This document shows, in pieces, positions 54,878 through 64,000 of a DNA stretch of 64,000 nucleotides. The stretch is from Kiritimatiellia bacterium (GTDB lineage Bacteria > Verrucomicrobiota > Kiritimatiellia > RFP12 > UBA1067), in assembly GCA_034003585.1 (NCBI GenBank), contig JAVEYH010000002.1:32036-96035 (forward strand). Direction: 5' to 3'. Under the pieces are notes generated by a model. It saw only the letters and a program-made list of their open reading frames with translations, made no database searches and was not told the origin of the DNA. The stretch's first letter is position 1. Each line of letters starts with the position of its first letter. The translations under genes and the position numbers were made by a program.

Positions 54878-57553
54878 TCACACCGCCTTGCCGCGTTTCC
54901 GCCCCTTTTTCGGTTTCGGTTCGGCCTGGGGCGCGGCGTCCGCCTTTGCGGCGCCTCCCTTTTTTCCCTTGCGGGCCGGCGCGGCCGTTTCCTCACCCGG
55001 CGTGCGCAGCGGCAGCTCGTCCTGCATCCGGAAATGCAATCCCGTCCCATCCTCTTTCAGCGTCGTCTCGACCGTGCCCGCAGTCAGCACGCCGCGCAAC
55101 AGCTCTTCCGCGAGCGGGTCCTCCAGGTGCCGCTCCACCGTGCGCCGCAACGGGCGCGCGCCGAGCGCCGGATCGAATCCCTTGCCGACCAGAAAGGCGG
55201 CCGCCGCCTCCGTCACCTCCAGGCAAATCCCCTTTGTTGCGAGACGCTTGCGGACCCCGGCCAGCTCGATGTCCAAAATCCGGACCACATCCTGCCGGTC
55301 CAGTTTCCGGAAGACGATGATCTCGTCAAACCGGTTCAGCAATTCCGGTTTGAACACGAGTTTCGCGGACTGGATCATCCGTTCACGCAGGCGGTCATAA
55401 TCATCCGCCGCGCTCTCGCGGCCGAAGCCCAATCCCTGTCCCTGCTTCGCGTAGTCGAATCCGAGGTTCGAGGTCAGGATCACCACTGTGTTGCGGAAAT
55501 CCACCTGACGTCCCAGACTGTCCGTGAGGCGGCCCTCCTCCAGGATTTGGAGCAGCATGTGCATCACATCCGGATGCGCCTTCTCCACCTCGTCGAACAG
55601 CACGACACTGTAAGGCCGCCGGCGTACGCGTTCGGTAAGCTGCCCCCCCTCTTCGTGCCCCACATAACCAGGAGGCGAGCCGATGAGCCGCGAGACCGTG
55701 AATTTCTCCATGTACTCCGACATGTCGATCTGGATCAGGGCTTTGCCGTCGCCGAACATCTTCTCGGCCAGGGTCTTGGCCAGCAGGGTTTTGCCCACAC
55801 CGGTCGGCCCCAGAAAAATGAAGGAGCCGATCGGCCGCCGCGGATCTTTCAAATCGGCCCGCGAACGGCGCAGCGCCCGGGCGATCGCCCGCACCGCGGG
55901 GGTCTGCCCCACGACCGTCTCTTCCAGATCGTTTTCGATATGCAGCAGGCGCGAGAGTTCAGACTGGCTCATGCGTTTGATCGGTACCCCCGCGATCCGC
56001 GCCACCGTTTCCGTGACATCGTCCGCCGTCACCGTCAGTGTCTTTTCCGCGTGCTCGGTCTTCCACGCCGCCACGATGGCATCGAGTTCCTGACGGGCCT
56101 TGCGCTCCTCATCGCGCAGCGCCGCGGCTTCCTCGAAATGCTGCTCGCGGATCGCGACGTCCTTTTTCTGGCCCATCTCGCGAATCCGTTGCTCCTGCTC
56201 GCGCAAATCCGGCGGACGCGCCGAAACCCGCATCCGCACCCGCGCGCCGCTCTCATCGATCGCGTCGATCGCCTTGTCCGGCAGTTGCCGCCCGGGCTGG
56301 TAACGCGCCGTCAGCTTCGCGGCCGCGGTCAGGGACTCCTCTTCGTAGGCGACGTTGTGGTGCGCGGCGTAGCGCGGCGCCAGGCCCTTCAGGATCTCGA
56401 CCGTCTCCTCCACGGTCGGCTCGTCCACACGCACGGTCTGGAAGCGGCGCTCCAGTGCGGCGTCCTTTTCAATGTGACGCCGATACTCATTGAGCGTGGT
56501 GGCGCCGATACACTGCAGCTCGCCGCGCGCCAGCGCCGGCTTGATGATGTTCGCCGCGTCCATCGCGCCCTCGGCACCGCCGGCGCCGACAATGGTGTGC
56601 AGTTCGTCGAGAAACAGCACGATGTTCGTTTCGCGGCGGACCTCATCGACCACCGCCTTGAGCCGTTCCTCAAACTGGCCGCGGTACTTGGTGCCCGCCA
56701 CCAGCAGCGCCATGTCCAGCGCGATCACACGCTTGTCGCGCATGCGCTCCGGCACATCGCCCGACGCGATCGCCTGCGCCAACCCCTCCACCACGGCCGT
56801 CTTGCCGACCCCGGCCTCGCCCAGCAGCGCCGCATTGTTTTTGGAACGGCGGCAGAGGATCTGGATCAGGCGTTCCAACTCATTCGCGCGCCCCACCATC
56901 GGATCGAGTCCGCCTTTCTTGGCCAGTTCGGTCAGATCGCGTCCGAACGCATTCAGCGCGGGTGTCCGGCTTCGCTCTTTCCTGCCGCCCGCGGCCTCCT
57001 CCGGTTTCCCGGTCGGCGCGGCCCCGGCCTCACGCTCCTCCCCGCCGGAACCCTCACCGGACCCGAACACGCCCTCCTCCTCGTCCTCTTCCCCCTCCTC
57101 CATGCCGAGACGGATCTGTTCGATCACCGCCTCCAGCCGGACATGGAGCGATTGGAGCACCTGCGCGGCCACGCCCTCGCCTTCACGCAGCAGCGCCAGC
57201 AGCAGATGTTCCGTGCCCGCCTGCGGCTGATGCATGGCATGCGCCTCGGCTACCGCCAAATGCAGCACTTTCTTGGTGCGCGGCGTATGCGGCAGCTCGC
57301 CCTTGGTCTTGGTCTCGCCGCCGAACCCGACCATCCGCTCCACCGCGATGCGCACATCCTCCAGCGACACATCCAGCTCTTCCAGCACCTCGACCGCCAC
57401 GCCCTCGCCCAAAGCGATGAGTCCCAGCAGGAGGTGCTCGGTCCCGATGTACGGATGATTGAAACGGTCCGCCTCGCGGGCCGCCAAATGAAGCGCGCGC
57501 TGCGCGCGTGCCGTGAAATTCCCGAATCCGTCCATACCCCTCACCCTTTCCAT
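54878..57553 (-). CDS. clpC: ATP-dependent Clp protease ATP-binding subunit ClpC (two Clp_N repeats, UVR motif, two AAA+ modules).
   Basis: It is 891 aa with Clp_N repeats ([10 protein letters not shown] and [10 protein letters not shown]), Walker A motifs [10 protein letters not shown] and [10 protein letters not shown], and [14 protein letters not shown]. An acidic Gly-rich insert lies between the N-domain and D1, and a Lys-rich tail sits at the C-terminus. Confidence 0.9.
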   Translation of the reverse strand: MERVRGMDGFGNFTARAQRALHLAAREADRFNHPYIGTEHLLLGLIALGEGVAVEVLEELDVSLEDVRIAVERMVGFGGETKTKGELPHTPRTKKVLHLAVAEAHAMHQPQAGTEHLLLALLREGEGVAAQVLQSLHVRLEAVIEQIRLGMEEGEEDEEEGVFGSGEGSGGEEREAGAAPTGKPEEAAGGRKERSRTPALNAFGRDLTELAKKGGLDPMVGRANELERLIQILCRRSKNNAALLGEAGVGKTAVVEGLAQAIASGDVPERMRDKRVIALDMALLVAGTKYRGQFEERLKAVVDEVRRETNIVLFLDELHTIVGAGGAEGAMDAANIIKPALARGELQCIGATTLNEYRRHIEKDAALERRFQTVRVDEPTVEETVEILKGLAPRYAAHHNVAYEEESLTAAAKLTARYQPGRQLPDKAIDAIDESGARVRMRVSARPPDLREQEQRIREMGQKKDVAIREQHFEEAAALRDEERKARQELDAIVAAWKTEHAEKTLTVTADDVTETVARIAGVPIKRMSQSELSRLLHIENDLEETVVGQTPAVRAIARALRRSRADLKDPRRPIGSFIFLGPTGVGKTLLAKTLAEKMFGDGKALIQIDMSEYMEKFTVSRLIGSPPGYVGHEEGGQLTERVRRRPYSVVLFDEVEKAHPDVMHMLLQILEEGRLTDSLGRQVDFRNTVVILTSNLGFDYAKQGQGLGFGRESAADDYDRLRERMIQSAKLVFKPELLNRFDEIIVFRKLDRQDVVRILDIELAGVRKRLATKGICLEVTEAAAAFLVGKGFDPALGARPLRRTVERHLEDPLAEELLRGVLTAGTVETTLKEDGTGLHFRMQDELPLRTPGEETAAPARKGKKGGAAKADAAPQAEPKPKKGRKRGKAV

Positions 57554-58599
57554 TTCACGTTGGCCAGCTTCTGATTCAGGAAGGCGGCCCGCATCTCATC
57601 GCGCTGATCCGGATTCAGATCCGCCTGCAGCCCGCTCTGCATATGTCCCGGCTGCATCAGCAGAATCAACTGATTCACCATGCCCGGCTTGAGCCGGGAA
57701 AACCGTCCCAGCACCGCACCCAGCCGCACGGCCGACAACAACTCCAGCGCCTCCGCGGCGGACATCAGCCGCGCGTTCTGCAGCACGCTGAGCGCGCGCG
57801 CCAGACAATCGGTCAACAGCAGCGGCGATTCCCGCAGCAGGCGCTCGCGCGCGTTCAACTCCTGGCGGATCACCTCCGCGACAATCCGCGTGACGCGCCC
57901 GACAATCGCTTCCTCCTCCACACCAAGCGTATCCATGTTGGAAATCTGATAGATCTGGCCGACGGCTTCGGAGCCCTCTCCGCCGATTCCGCGCACCAGA
58001 AGCCGCATCCGTTCGAGACCGCGCGCCACCGCCTCGACCTCACCCAGCAGCCGCAGCCCGAGCAGATGGACCATCACGCCCGCGCGCAATCCGGTGCCCA
58101 CGTTGCTGGGGCAGGCCGTCAGATATCCCAACCGCGGCGACCACGCGTACGCCAGATGGGGTTCGAGCAGCGCATCCATGCGGGCCGCCCGCTGCCACGC
58201 GCGGTTCAGGTCGAAGCCGTCGGCGAAACCCTGTATCCGCAGGTGGTCCTCCTCGTTCACCATGACGCAGACCGCGCTTTGGGGCTGAAGGGCGATCCCG
58301 CCTCCCGAAGTCCGGCCGAGCAGATCGCGGCTGATCAGGTTCTGCTCGCACAACATGTCCAGATACCGCGCGTTGAAATCCGAGAGCGGCCGGAGCGCCA
58401 GATCCGGCGCCGCCGCCTCAAACGCCGTGCGCACGCGGTCAAACACGCGCGCGTGATCATGCTCCGTCGCCCAATCCGGAAAGCGTTCGCCCTCCAGATT
58501 CCGCGCCAGCCGCGCGCGGCACACCAGCGCGACCTCCTCGGCGCGGGCTCCGCCTGCCGGGGTCGCGGAAGGTTTCCGTTCCGGTGTCAGCTTTTTCAT
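57541..58599 (-). CDS. mcsB: Protein arginine kinase McsB (ATP:guanido phosphotransferase family).
   Basis: It is 352 aa with [11 protein letters not shown] (phosphagen-kinase active-site Cys motif) and EEDHLRIQ. It overlaps clpC and mcsA by 13 and 4 nt. Confidence 0.85.
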   Translation of the reverse strand: MKKLTPERKPSATPAGGARAEEVALVCRARLARNLEGERFPDWATEHDHARVFDRVRTAFEAAAPDLALRPLSDFNARYLDMLCEQNLISRDLLGRTSGGGIALQPQSAVCVMVNEEDHLRIQGFADGFDLNRAWQRAARMDALLEPHLAYAWSPRLGYLTACPSNVGTGLRAGVMVHLLGLRLLGEVEAVARGLERMRLLVRGIGGEGSEAVGQIYQISNMDTLGVEEEAIVGRVTRIVAEVIRQELNARERLLRESPLLLTDCLARALSVLQNARLMSAAEALELLSAVRLGAVLGRFSRLKPGMVNQLILLMQPGHMQSGLQADLNPDQRDEMRAAFLNQKLANVKWKG

Positions 58600-59144
58600 G
58601 ACACGCCTCCCGGCGCCGCGTCCCGTCCCCCGTCCAGCGTGCGCAGCCGGTCGCGCAGGGCGATCGCCTCCTCATACCGCTGCTCCCGCACCGCCTCGTC
58701 CAACGCGCGTTCCAGTTCCTGCCGGCAACAGGCCGCCCCGGCGTTCCGCGGGGCCTTCCCCGTATGCCGCGTCGCGCGGTGAAGCTCCTGCAGCGCGGCA
58801 TCCAACTCACCGGCAAAGGCCTCATAACAGGCCGGACAGCCCAGACGCGACCGCTTGCGGTACTCGCTCCGGCGTATGCCGCACACCGGACAGCTCGGTT
58901 CCGCGAGCACCGCCTGTTTGTCCGCGATTTCAAACGCGGCATCCACAATCATCCCGAGCAACGGCAGAACCGGGCCCTCCGGCGCACGCCCTTCCGCAGC
59001 CTGCCGGTTACCCCGGTCCGGCGCGGGCGGTTTCGCAGCCGCCTGCGCGCACGCCTGGCAGACAAACCATTCCCGGACCTCATCCCCCTCCGGCCTCCGG
59101 AGGACGGTTTCCGCATCAGCCTTATGGCACAATTCGCATTTCAT
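58596..59144 (-). CDS. mcsA: McsA-like activator of McsB (CxxC zinc fingers plus UVR domain).
   Basis: The ATG at 59144 (MKCELCHKADAE...VCQACAQ...CPVCGIRRSEY...CPACYEAF) gives four CxxC pairs. The C-terminal UVR is RQELERALDEAVREQRYEEAIALRDRLRTL. Confidence 0.65.
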   Translation of the reverse strand: MKCELCHKADAETVLRRPEGDEVREWFVCQACAQAAAKPPAPDRGNRQAAEGRAPEGPVLPLLGMIVDAAFEIADKQAVLAEPSCPVCGIRRSEYRKRSRLGCPACYEAFAGELDAALQELHRATRHTGKAPRNAGAACCRQELERALDEAVREQRYEEAIALRDRLRTLDGGRDAAPGGVS

Positions 59145-59360
59145 CCGTTTTCCTGAAAAGGAAAAGAGTATAGCAGAAAGCGGAACGTACCGCAAACCGG
59201 CGCAAGCCACCTCGCGCGGTGTTTTGAGGGAGGGGGACGCGTCACCTCCGGACGCGCCCGGCGCAGCACAACGCCCCCCGTCACGAAAACCGGGCTGTGC
59301 CGCTGCCGGAAGCTGCCCGACTTCCCGGACCCCGACTTCCCGGTTGCCACACCGCGCGGA

Positions 59361-60005
59361 TTGTACTACGCTACCGGCATGCTTACCCCTACCTCCCCGT
59401 TACGGATCGGCGTCCTGGGTTCCGGTTCCGGATCCAACATGCAGTCCGTGCTCGACGCGATCGAAGCCGGCACCCTGAACGCCGAGTTGCGGCTGGTCCT
59501 GTCGGATGTGCCGGAGGCCAGAATCCTGAACCGCGCCGCGCGGCACAAGATCCCGAACGCCTGGCTCGATTGCGCCCCCTTCAAGACCAAACTGGACGGC
59601 GCGGCGGAACAGCGCTGCATCGCGCTGCTTCACGAGCATGGCGTCGACACCGTGATCCTCGCGGGCTTCATGCGCATCGTGAAACCGGGTTTGCTGAACG
59701 CCTTCCCCCAACGCGTGCTGAACATCCATCCCGCGCTGCTTCCGGCGTTCCCGGGGCTGGCGGGGTGGAAACAGGCCTTGGAGTACGGCGTCAAGCTGGC
59801 GGGGTGCACCGTCCACTTTGTGGACGCGGGAACGGACACCGGCCCGATCATCCTCCAGCGCGCCGTGCCGGTCCTCACGGACGACACGCCCGAAACCCTG
59901 CACGCCCGGATTCAGGCGCAAGAGCATCTCGCGTATCCGGAAGCGCTGCGACTGCTCGCCGCCGGACGGCTCCGCATCAACGGCCGGCGCGTGGACATCC
60001 TTTGA
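59361..60005 (+). CDS. purN: Phosphoribosylglycinamide formyltransferase PurN.
   Basis: It has RIGVLGSGSGSNMQSVLDA and the active-site region NIHPALLPAFPG...HFVDAGTDTGPII. The true start may be Met-7 at 59379. Confidence 0.85.
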   Translation: MYYATGMLTPTSPLRIGVLGSGSGSNMQSVLDAIEAGTLNAELRLVLSDVPEARILNRAARHKIPNAWLDCAPFKTKLDGAAEQRCIALLHEHGVDTVILAGFMRIVKPGLLNAFPQRVLNIHPALLPAFPGLAGWKQALEYGVKLAGCTVHFVDAGTDTGPIILQRAVPVLTDDTPETLHARIQAQEHLAYPEALRLLAAGRLRINGRRVDIL

Positions 60006-60044
60006 AGGCGTCCTCGCCCCAGACCGGCCCCAAGCAAAGCACAT

Positions 60045-61874
60045 CTACGCTTCCGGAGCCGCGCGCGGCTCTTCCGCCGCAGGCAAACCCTCCGCTACGG
60101 GCGCGGCGCCTTCCGCGGGAGCCTCGACAACAGGAGCGGGCACGACGACCTCTTCCGTGCTGTCCGGCACCGTCGCCGCAACAGGCGCGGGGGCCTCGAC
60201 GGCAGGAACGGCTGCCGCCGTTTCCGTGCTGTCCGGCACCGTCGCCGCAACGCGGGCCGGCTCCTCTTTGGCGGATTTGCCGGGTGCGGGTGCGGCCGGC
60301 GGCGGACGCCGCGGGCCGCCCTGCTGCCCGCCGGCCGCCTTTTCGCCCGGCAGGAACCGGAATGCGGGATATTCGAGCGGACCGCTCAGCACATCGTTGT
60401 AGAACTGAACCACATGCCCCTTCTCCACCAGCCACGCGAGCTGCACCAGCGTCTCTTTGAGTTTCGCCTCATCGCCGGCCGCCAGTGCGGTGGCAAGTTC
60501 GGCCTTGGTGCAGGCGGGGTGCTCGTTGACGAAGGTCAACACATCGCGCAACGCCTGGACCGCGTGCGCGGGATCCAACGGCACGGCCGGTTTGAGCATC
60601 ACAAAGTCCTGCCCCTTGGCGTCATTGACGCGGAACAGGTGCAGACTGCGATGACGGAAGGCGCCTCGCAGCGCGAAAAAGAGTGAGGCCGGAAAGCGGC
60701 GCTCGCGCGTCAGGGTGTCCTTCAGGGCGTAATAGAGCGGTTTGCTCAAGGTCTGCATCGCGACCGACGCGGTGCAGAGCAGATGACGGACCGACGCGAT
60801 CTGCGCGGGTAAAATCTCGCGCAGGAAAACCAACTCGGCGGTTTCACGCTCCATGGCCGGAGCCTTGGGCTCGGGCTCGGCCGGGATCTCCGCGCCCCCG
60901 TCTTCCGTCGCGGAGGCAACAGGCTCGACAACGGTCGGGGCCGCACCTTTCCGGCGATAGATTTTTTTGAGGGTGCACTGCTGCCGCCACTTTTCGATAC
61001 TCTCGGCATCGCGCACCATCTCGATGCGCGCACGGTAGGCTTCCTCCGACAGATCCGCATACCGCGTCCGCAGCATCTCATGCACCTTGGCGTTGAAACT
61101 GTGATGGTTCGGGGGACCGAGCAGCACACCGCTCATGCCGCAACGCGCCACGCACACGAACACGCCGGCCGGCGGCTCGCACGGCACCTCCTCCACATCG
61201 AAGAAATCCTCCATGTGGCGGTTCACCAGATGCGCCCGGATGTCCTCTTCCGCCAGCGCGGGCATGCCGCACACTTTACACTGGAACAGCGGCACCGGCT
61301 GATCCTTGAGCGGTTCGATGCGGACCAGACAGGAGTTGGGGTTGTCGAGAAACAGCCAGGCGATGTCACGCAGCGGGAACGCGCGGTGCGAGGTCTGGAT
61401 GCGCCGGATCACGGCGCCCAGCGCCTTCTGCTCCGGCAGCACGCGGATATCGACCGGCAGCGCGGGCTGCTCGGGCCGGAACGGGCGCGGACCGCGCCGC
61501 TCGGGCCGCGGCCCCGCGTGCTCGAAGGGGGCCGAGGCGGGCGCCGCGCCGCGCAGATCCGCCACCGCGCCGCGCGACGCGGGCCGCGGCATGCCGCCCC
61601 GGAAGTCCCCGCGCGCCTCCTCACGGCGCGGGGGCGGACGCCGGTCGGGACGGCGCCGATCCCGGTCGCCGCCGTCAAAGCGCGCCGGCCGGCGGTCGCG
61701 GCCGCCGAAACGATCGTGGCTCTCCCCGCCATCGTCGTACCGGTCGTGCCGATAGCGCTGGAGTTGATCCTCCGGAGAGGTGCGCGCCCAGTTCGGCGCA
61801 AAATTCAGATCCAGCACAATCCCGTCGTTTTCCTGTCCGTCCGCGGCAGGCTTCGCCTCTTCGTTCTCGCTCAT
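60045..61874 (-). CDS. Hypothetical protein of 609 aa with an N-terminal Arg/Asp-rich low-complexity region, a central globular domain carrying a CxxC pair, and a C-terminal Ala/Pro/Val/Glu-rich tail with a tandem repeat.
   Basis: It has a long uninterrupted ORF with coding-like composition, but I recognise no family. A 30-bp perfect direct DNA repeat at 60152..60181 and 60221..60250 encodes the duplicated AATVPDSTE peptide. Confidence 0.5.
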   Translation of the reverse strand: MSENEEAKPAADGQENDGIVLDLNFAPNWARTSPEDQLQRYRHDRYDDGGESHDRFGGRDRRPARFDGGDRDRRRPDRRPPPRREEARGDFRGGMPRPASRGAVADLRGAAPASAPFEHAGPRPERRGPRPFRPEQPALPVDIRVLPEQKALGAVIRRIQTSHRAFPLRDIAWLFLDNPNSCLVRIEPLKDQPVPLFQCKVCGMPALAEEDIRAHLVNRHMEDFFDVEEVPCEPPAGVFVCVARCGMSGVLLGPPNHHSFNAKVHEMLRTRYADLSEEAYRARIEMVRDAESIEKWRQQCTLKKIYRRKGAAPTVVEPVASATEDGGAEIPAEPEPKAPAMERETAELVFLREILPAQIASVRHLLCTASVAMQTLSKPLYYALKDTLTRERRFPASLFFALRGAFRHRSLHLFRVNDAKGQDFVMLKPAVPLDPAHAVQALRDVLTFVNEHPACTKAELATALAAGDEAKLKETLVQLAWLVEKGHVVQFYNDVLSGPLEYPAFRFLPGEKAAGGQQGGPRRPPPAAPAPGKSAKEEPARVAATVPDSTETAAAVPAVEAPAPVAATVPDSTEEVVVPAPVVEAPAEGAAPVAEGLPAAEEPRAAPEA

Positions 61875-61919
61875 GATGCGTGGATGTTACCTTTTGTCTG
61901 ACCGCGCGGTCAATCGGTT

Positions 61920-63872
61920 TTATCGTGCGGCGCCCGCCGCCGCGGAGGCCAGCAGGCCCCCGTTCAACAGCAGATTCTTCTGGCGCGCGCTCAACACCGC
62001 TGTGGCGGTGAACGCGTTCCCCCGCGTTTGATTGCGCACCGTCACCCGTCCGTCGGAGGCGATGGCCGCGCGCAGATTGTCGATCACCAAGCGATCACCC
62101 TGGGAAACCCCGTCATAGGCCGCCGGATCATCAAAGACAAACGGCGCGATGCCGAAATTGATCAGATTCGCGAAGTGGATACGCTCGATGCTCTTGGCCA
62201 GCAGGGCCCGCACCCCGAGATACATCGGGCACATGGCCGCATGCTCGCGGCTCGATCCCTGCCCGTAACTCTCCCCCGCCACGATGATGTTGTGAAGCCC
62301 CGCGTCGCGATGGGCGCTGGCCTCGGCGTAAAATGACGGGCTGACGTGCTCAAAGACGTAGCGGGCGTACTGCGGCACGTTGGAACGGTATTTCAGACGC
62401 GCGCCCGCGGGCATGATGTGATCGGTCGTGATCTTGTCGCCCACCTTGACGGTCGCCACCCCGTCCAGACGGTCGGGCAACGGCTGACCGGCCGGCACCT
62501 TGCCGATGTTGGGGCCGCGCGCGATTCCGGTCCCCGGCACCCCGCGTCCCGCGGTCCCGCGGAAGAGGAACATGCTGTCGTCGATCCAAAACACCGATGG
62601 CTCCTCCACCTCTTGCGGCAGGGTCTCAATGGTTCGCGGGTCCGTGAACGCTCCGGCCAGCGCGGCGGCGGCGGCAGTCTCGGGGCTCACCAGATACACC
62701 TGCGCCGACTGCGTCCCGCTGCGTCCCTCAAAGTTGCGGTTGCTGGTGCGGAGGCTGACGGCATTCGTGCCCGGTGACATGTGGTTCCCGATACAGAAGC
62801 CGCAGGCGTTCTCCAGAATGCGCACCCCCGCGGCGACCAGATCGGCCAGCAACCCCTCCCGCGCCAGCATCGCCACCACCTGGCGCGATCCCGCGGCCAG
62901 CCCGACCTCCACATCGGGATGCGTTTTGCGCCCCCGCAGCATCAGGGCCACGGTCTTCAAATCCCGGTAGGAGGAATTGGTGCACGAACCGATCAGAACC
63001 TGATTGACCCGCCGGCCGGCGAGCGACGCGACGGTGGCGATGCTCCCCGGCGAGTGCGGACACGCGGCCAGGGGTTCCAGCGCGTCCAGATCGATCTCCA
63101 GCGTGCTCTCGTAGCGCGCGTCCGGGTCCGCTTCCAGCGCGGTCCAGTCCGCCTCGCGCGCCTGCGCTTTCAGGAAGGCCCGCGTCACCGCGTCACTCGG
63201 GAAAACGGAGGTGGTCACGCCCAGCTCCGCGCCCATGTTAGTGATCGTCGCGCGCGCCGGCACGCCGAGCGCGGCCACGCCCGGCCCGCCATACTCCAAC
63301 ACGCGTCCCACGTTGCCGTGGGTACCGTACACCGACAGCACCTTCAGAATCACGTCCTTGGCCGAGACCCCCGGCCTGAGCGCGCCGGTCAGCCACACCC
63401 GCGTCACCTTCGGGCAGGTCAGATAAAACGGCCCGCCGCCCATCGCCACCGCAACATCGATGCCGCCCGCGCCGATCGCGATCATCCCGATGCCGCCGCC
63501 CGTGGGCGTGTGCGAATCGCTGCCCAGCAGCGTCGCGCCCGGCTTGCCGAAGCGTTCGAGATGCAACTGGTGGCAGATCCCGTTGCCGGGCCGCGAGAAA
63601 ACCGCGCCGTACCGCTGCGCCACGCTCTTGAGGTAGGCGTGGTCGTCCGCGTTCTCAAAACCCACCTGGATCGTGTTGTGGTCCACATAGCTGACGGCCA
63701 GATCGGCTTTCACCCGGTCGAGCCCCATACTTTCGAACTGCAGGAACGCCATGGTGCCGGTCGCGTCCTGCGTCAGGGTCTGATCGACCCGGATCGCCAG
63801 TTCCCCGCCCGGCGTCAGTTCTCCGGACACCCGATGCGCGGACAAAATCTTCTCCACCACGTTTTGCGCCAT
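61920..63872 (-). CDS. Aconitase-family hydratase (fused large catalytic and swivel domains; aconitate hydratase or homoaconitase-like).
   Basis: It is 650 aa and begins MAQNVVEKILSAHRV...VDQTLTQDATGTMAFLQFE. Fe-S ligand regions (GSDSHT, GSCTNSSY, CGFCIGN) and a C-terminal swivel domain (GESYGQGSSREHAA) are present. Confidence 0.8.
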   Translation of the reverse strand: MAQNVVEKILSAHRVSGELTPGGELAIRVDQTLTQDATGTMAFLQFESMGLDRVKADLAVSYVDHNTIQVGFENADDHAYLKSVAQRYGAVFSRPGNGICHQLHLERFGKPGATLLGSDSHTPTGGGIGMIAIGAGGIDVAVAMGGGPFYLTCPKVTRVWLTGALRPGVSAKDVILKVLSVYGTHGNVGRVLEYGGPGVAALGVPARATITNMGAELGVTTSVFPSDAVTRAFLKAQAREADWTALEADPDARYESTLEIDLDALEPLAACPHSPGSIATVASLAGRRVNQVLIGSCTNSSYRDLKTVALMLRGRKTHPDVEVGLAAGSRQVVAMLAREGLLADLVAAGVRILENACGFCIGNHMSPGTNAVSLRTSNRNFEGRSGTQSAQVYLVSPETAAAAALAGAFTDPRTIETLPQEVEEPSVFWIDDSMFLFRGTAGRGVPGTGIARGPNIGKVPAGQPLPDRLDGVATVKVGDKITTDHIMPAGARLKYRSNVPQYARYVFEHVSPSFYAEASAHRDAGLHNIIVAGESYGQGSSREHAAMCPMYLGVRALLAKSIERIHFANLINFGIAPFVFDDPAAYDGVSQGDRLVIDNLRAAIASDGRVTVRNQTRGNAFTATAVLSARQKNLLLNGGLLASAAAGAAR

Positions 63873-64000
63873 GAAAAAACCCTTTCTCCCGTTAACGTTT
63901 CGGTCCGGCCGCCTGCCGGGCCCATGAGTCTTTGAGCGTCACCGTCCGGTTGAAAACCGGCGCACCGGGGCGCGAATCGCGGGTGTCCGCGCAGAAATAC

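Noticed and set aside
59145-59360. CtsR operator upstream of mcsA
   Set aside because: I searched for the A/GGTCAAA-N3-A/GGTCAAA heptad direct repeat and found none. Control of the operon remains unknown.
60152-60250. Possible CRISPR-like repeat (30-bp perfect direct repeat with a 39-bp spacer)
   Set aside because: Only two copies are present, it lies inside a long ORF and encodes a repeated peptide, and there are no cas genes. It is a coding tandem repeat.
63873-64000. Short open frame on the minus strand running off the right edge (…YFCADTRDSRPGAPVFNRTVTLKDSWARQAAGPKR, stop at 63902..63904)
   Set aside because: Only 33 codons are visible and no motif is recognisable. In DNA above 65% GC an open stretch of about 100 nt is expected by chance. 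It could be the 3' end of a real gene upstream of the aconitase gene, but that cannot be supported.

Overview
This is a high-GC (roughly 65%) bacterial chromosomal segment of about 50 genes, read from six-frame translations and my own recognition of conserved motifs. No database searches were run, so all family assignments are from memory. The gene content points to an anaerobic, glycan-degrading PVC-superphylum-like organism (inference). Supporting genes: a 1761-aa PATR-type repeat protein, a Cys-type sulfatase, a ThuA/PmoA-like/Gfo-Idh-MocA/sugar-phosphate-isomerase set, Rex, a 2-oxoacid:ferredoxin oxidoreductase, Fe-ADH and EtfAB. Housekeeping genes present: SMC, accA/accD, purN, ybaK, mazG, corA, tRNA-Val, ClpC, an aconitase-family protein, two RND efflux systems and an Mla/MCE-type lipid ABC system. 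No transposase, integrase or CRISPR array was seen. The items most worth follow-up, in order: (1) a NikR regulator divergent from a CoA-disulfide-reductase/rhodanese fusion, an MMPL exporter and a LolA-like protein, next to tRNA-Val; (2) a korD-korA-korB/C-fusion, XRE-cupin, acyl-CoA synthetase, Fe-ADH operon; (3) mcsA-mcsB-clpC without ctsR in an apparently Gram-negative genome; (4) a small PII-like protein coupled to Rex and a DUF1343 (NamZ-like) protein; (5) a decayed GH78 rhamnosidase pseudogene after a ThuA/PmoA-like pair; (6) a perfect 20-bp AT-rich inverted repeat between the convergent ybaK and accA genes; (7) an esterase with an internal duplicated domain; and (8) an RD-rich hypothetical with a 30-bp in-frame DNA repeat. 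Most long ORFs antisense to recognisable genes are high-GC artefacts and were rejected.
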